Positions 62,378 through 64,000 of a stretch of DNA of 64,000 nt are shown piece after piece; positions within the stretch are counted from its first letter, which is position 1; every line of letters starts with the position of its first letter. The position numbers were made by a program, and so were the translations under genes. The stretch covers positions 1 to 64,000 of the forward strand of contig JBAXIL010000002.1 of the NCBI GenBank assembly GCA_037138355.1, given 5' to 3'. The stretch comes from a bacterium (lineage in GTDB: Bacteria; Oederibacteriota; PGYV01; Palsa-1178). The notes below the pieces were generated by a model. It made no database searches, had not been told where the DNA came from, and saw only the letters and a list, made by a program, of their open reading frames with translations.

Positions 62378-64000
62378 TTAATCCACTCTTTCTACTGTCA
62401 AAACATCCTTAATCTTCCTTACTGACGACATAAGCTCCGATAAATGATTCTGTCCTTTTACATTTATAGATAAATCTGCCTGCAAATGATTTTCAAACAA
62501 GATACCTGAATTAAAAGAAGATATTAAAGCATTATTTTTACCTATTGTTGTCAATATATCGTTGACCAAGTGTTCTCTATTCTTACCTGTTACTTTCAAC
62601 TTACACATATAATAATTATCTGCCTTTTCATTCCAGCTGACCTCTACAATAGGTGTTGTTATATTACTCATTGCCAACATGCTACAATTTTTTCTGTGAA
62701 CTGATATTCCTTTTTTTGTAAATATTCCAGTAATGTCATCACCTGGCACTGGATTACAACACTTGGCAAACTTATAAGAAATATCACCAAATTCATCCTG
62801 TACAATAATTTCACCTTTAGTCACATGCTTAACTCTTTCAAAGCCCGGCACAAATTCTTTTCTTTCTTTTAAAAATCTCGCTATATGATTTGCCACTTTA
62901 GCATCAGAAAACTCTCCATAACCTATTCCTGCAAATATATCGTCTTTATCTTTAACGCTATACTGTTCTATTAGTCCGCCCCACGCATCTTCAGGTATAT
63001 CTTCTGGTCTGTGCCCATGCTTAACCAATCTTTCATGTAATAATTTTGTTCCTTTTTCTATATTCTCTTTTATATTTTGATTGGTTCGCAGCCAGTGTCT
63101 TACCCTGTTTTTAGCTTTGGCTGTCTTGGCTATTTTCAGCCAATCTACAGTGGGGTGCTGAGAAACACCCTTCAGTATTTCAATTCTGTCACCATTTTGA
63201 AGTTCATATTTTAGAGTAACCCATTTGCCATTAACTTTAGCACCTATACACTTATCTCCCAAATCAGAGTGGACGCTATAAGCAAAGTCAAGAACTATAG
63301 AACCTTTGATTAGTTCTTTTACTTCACCTTTTGGCGTAAAAACAAAAACCTCTTCATCAAAAAGATCCACCTTTAATTCTTTTATAAACTCTTCACTCTC
63401 TCTCATAGAGCCATGCCATTCCAACAGCTGTCTTACCCAAGCAAAAGCAGAATCAGTTTTCTTGTCAAAAGCTCTCTCTTCTTTATAATTCCAATGTGCT
63501 GCAATACCTTCCTCTGCTATCACATCCATATCTTTTGTCCTTATCTGTATTTCTACTGGTCTTCCAGCTTCATCTAAAATTGTTGTATGCAAAGACTGAT
63601 ACATATTTGATTTAGGCATAGCTATATAATCCTTAAATCTGCCCGGAAGTGGCTTCCAGTAATTATGTATTATGCCGAGTATTGTATAACAGTTATTGCT
63701 TGTATCTGTTATTACACGCAAAGCAATTAAATCATAGATATTTTCAAATCTTTTATTTTCCCTAACCATTTTTTGATATATGGAATAAAAGTGTTTTGAC
63801 CTACCTGATATTTCATATGTTATATTAAGCTTTTGAAGTTCACTTCCAAGTATGCTTTTTAGGTCTTCGATTCTTTTTTCGCGTTCTTCTTTTTTTTCAG
63901 CGATTTTTCTTGTAATTTCTCTGTATGACTGCTGATTTAAAACAGCAAATGACATATCTTCAAGTTCGGATTTAACTTTTTCCATACCCAATCTATGTGC
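62378..64000 (-). CDS. rel: Long RelA/SpoT homolog ((p)ppGpp synthetase/hydrolase), 5'-truncated by the window edge
   Basis: GRSKH.YS, DLIALRV, YQSLHT, EIQIRT; TGS (FTPKG, DFAY.VH); ZFD (CCNPVPGD..HRKNC); ACT domain. Confidence 0.96.
   Translation of the reverse strand, partial: AHRLGMEKVKSELEDMSFAVLNQQSYREITRKIAEKKEEREKRIEDLKSILGSELQKLNITYEISGRSKHFYSIYQKMVRENKRFENIYDLIALRVITDTSNNCYTILGIIHNYWKPLPGRFKDYIAMPKSNMYQSLHTTILDEAGRPVEIQIRTKDMDVIAEEGIAAHWNYKEERAFDKKTDSAFAWVRQLLEWHGSMRESEEFIKELKVDLFDEEVFVFTPKGEVKELIKGSIVLDFAYSVHSDLGDKCIGAKVNGKWVTLKYELQNGDRIEILKGVSQHPTVDWLKIAKTAKAKNRVRHWLRTNQNIKENIEKGTKLLHERLVKHGHRPEDIPEDAWGGLIEQYSVKDKDDIFAGIGYGEFSDAKVANHIARFLKERKEFVPGFERVKHVTKGEIIVQDEFGDISYKFAKCCNPVPGDDITGIFTKKGISVHRKNCSMLAMSNITTPIVEVSWNEKADNYYMCKLKVTGKNREHLVNDILTTIGKNNALISSFNSGILFENHLQADLSINVKGQNHLSELMSSVRKIKDVLTVERVD

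Overview
AT-rich bacterial core-genome window from a Gram-negative (LPS/Kdo-making) organism. Nearly all genes lie on the minus strand, co-oriented with an rRNA operon whose 16S 5' half occupies 1-~998. In coordinate order it contains: 16S rRNA and its promoter region; purB; a branched-chain amino acid operon (transcribed ilvD-ilvB-ilvN-ilvC-leuA-leuC-leuD-leuB-asd); an Fe-S aldo/keto reductase; a TatT-associated TRAP (TPAT) transporter; tldD and rnhA; an LPS core cluster (msbA, gmhB, two heptose kinase/nucleotidyltransferase pairs, GT9, a LysM-DUF3108-like lipoprotein, gmhA, kdsB-pyrG-kdsA); apt, an RpoS-like sigma factor, acylphosphatase, tRNA-Pro(GGG) and a MerR protein; der-plsY-gpsA; an orphan Tad module (secretin plus TadZ-TadA fusion); folate, biotin and NAD genes; valS; amidase-GerMN; accA; nrdR; an O-antigen-ligase/TPR protein; glyA, rpiB, spoVS, rsmI, rpmB and a partial relA/spoT. 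No mobile element, CRISPR array or defence island was seen. The most interesting signals lie outside the ORF track: (1) an unannotated 38-aa Ile/Val/Leu-rich leader peptide with promoter, SD and hairpins ahead of the ilv-leu-asd operon, in a non-canonical attenuator layout; (2) a promoter, 26-codon ORF and terminator unit directly upstream of the rRNA promoter; (3) a 93-bp duplication of the tRNA-Pro leader carrying a sequence complementary to the acceptor stem; (4) the TadZ-TadA fusion. All product calls come from motif recognition by eye; no database search was run. Several start codons were moved from the ORF track to SD-supported positions.
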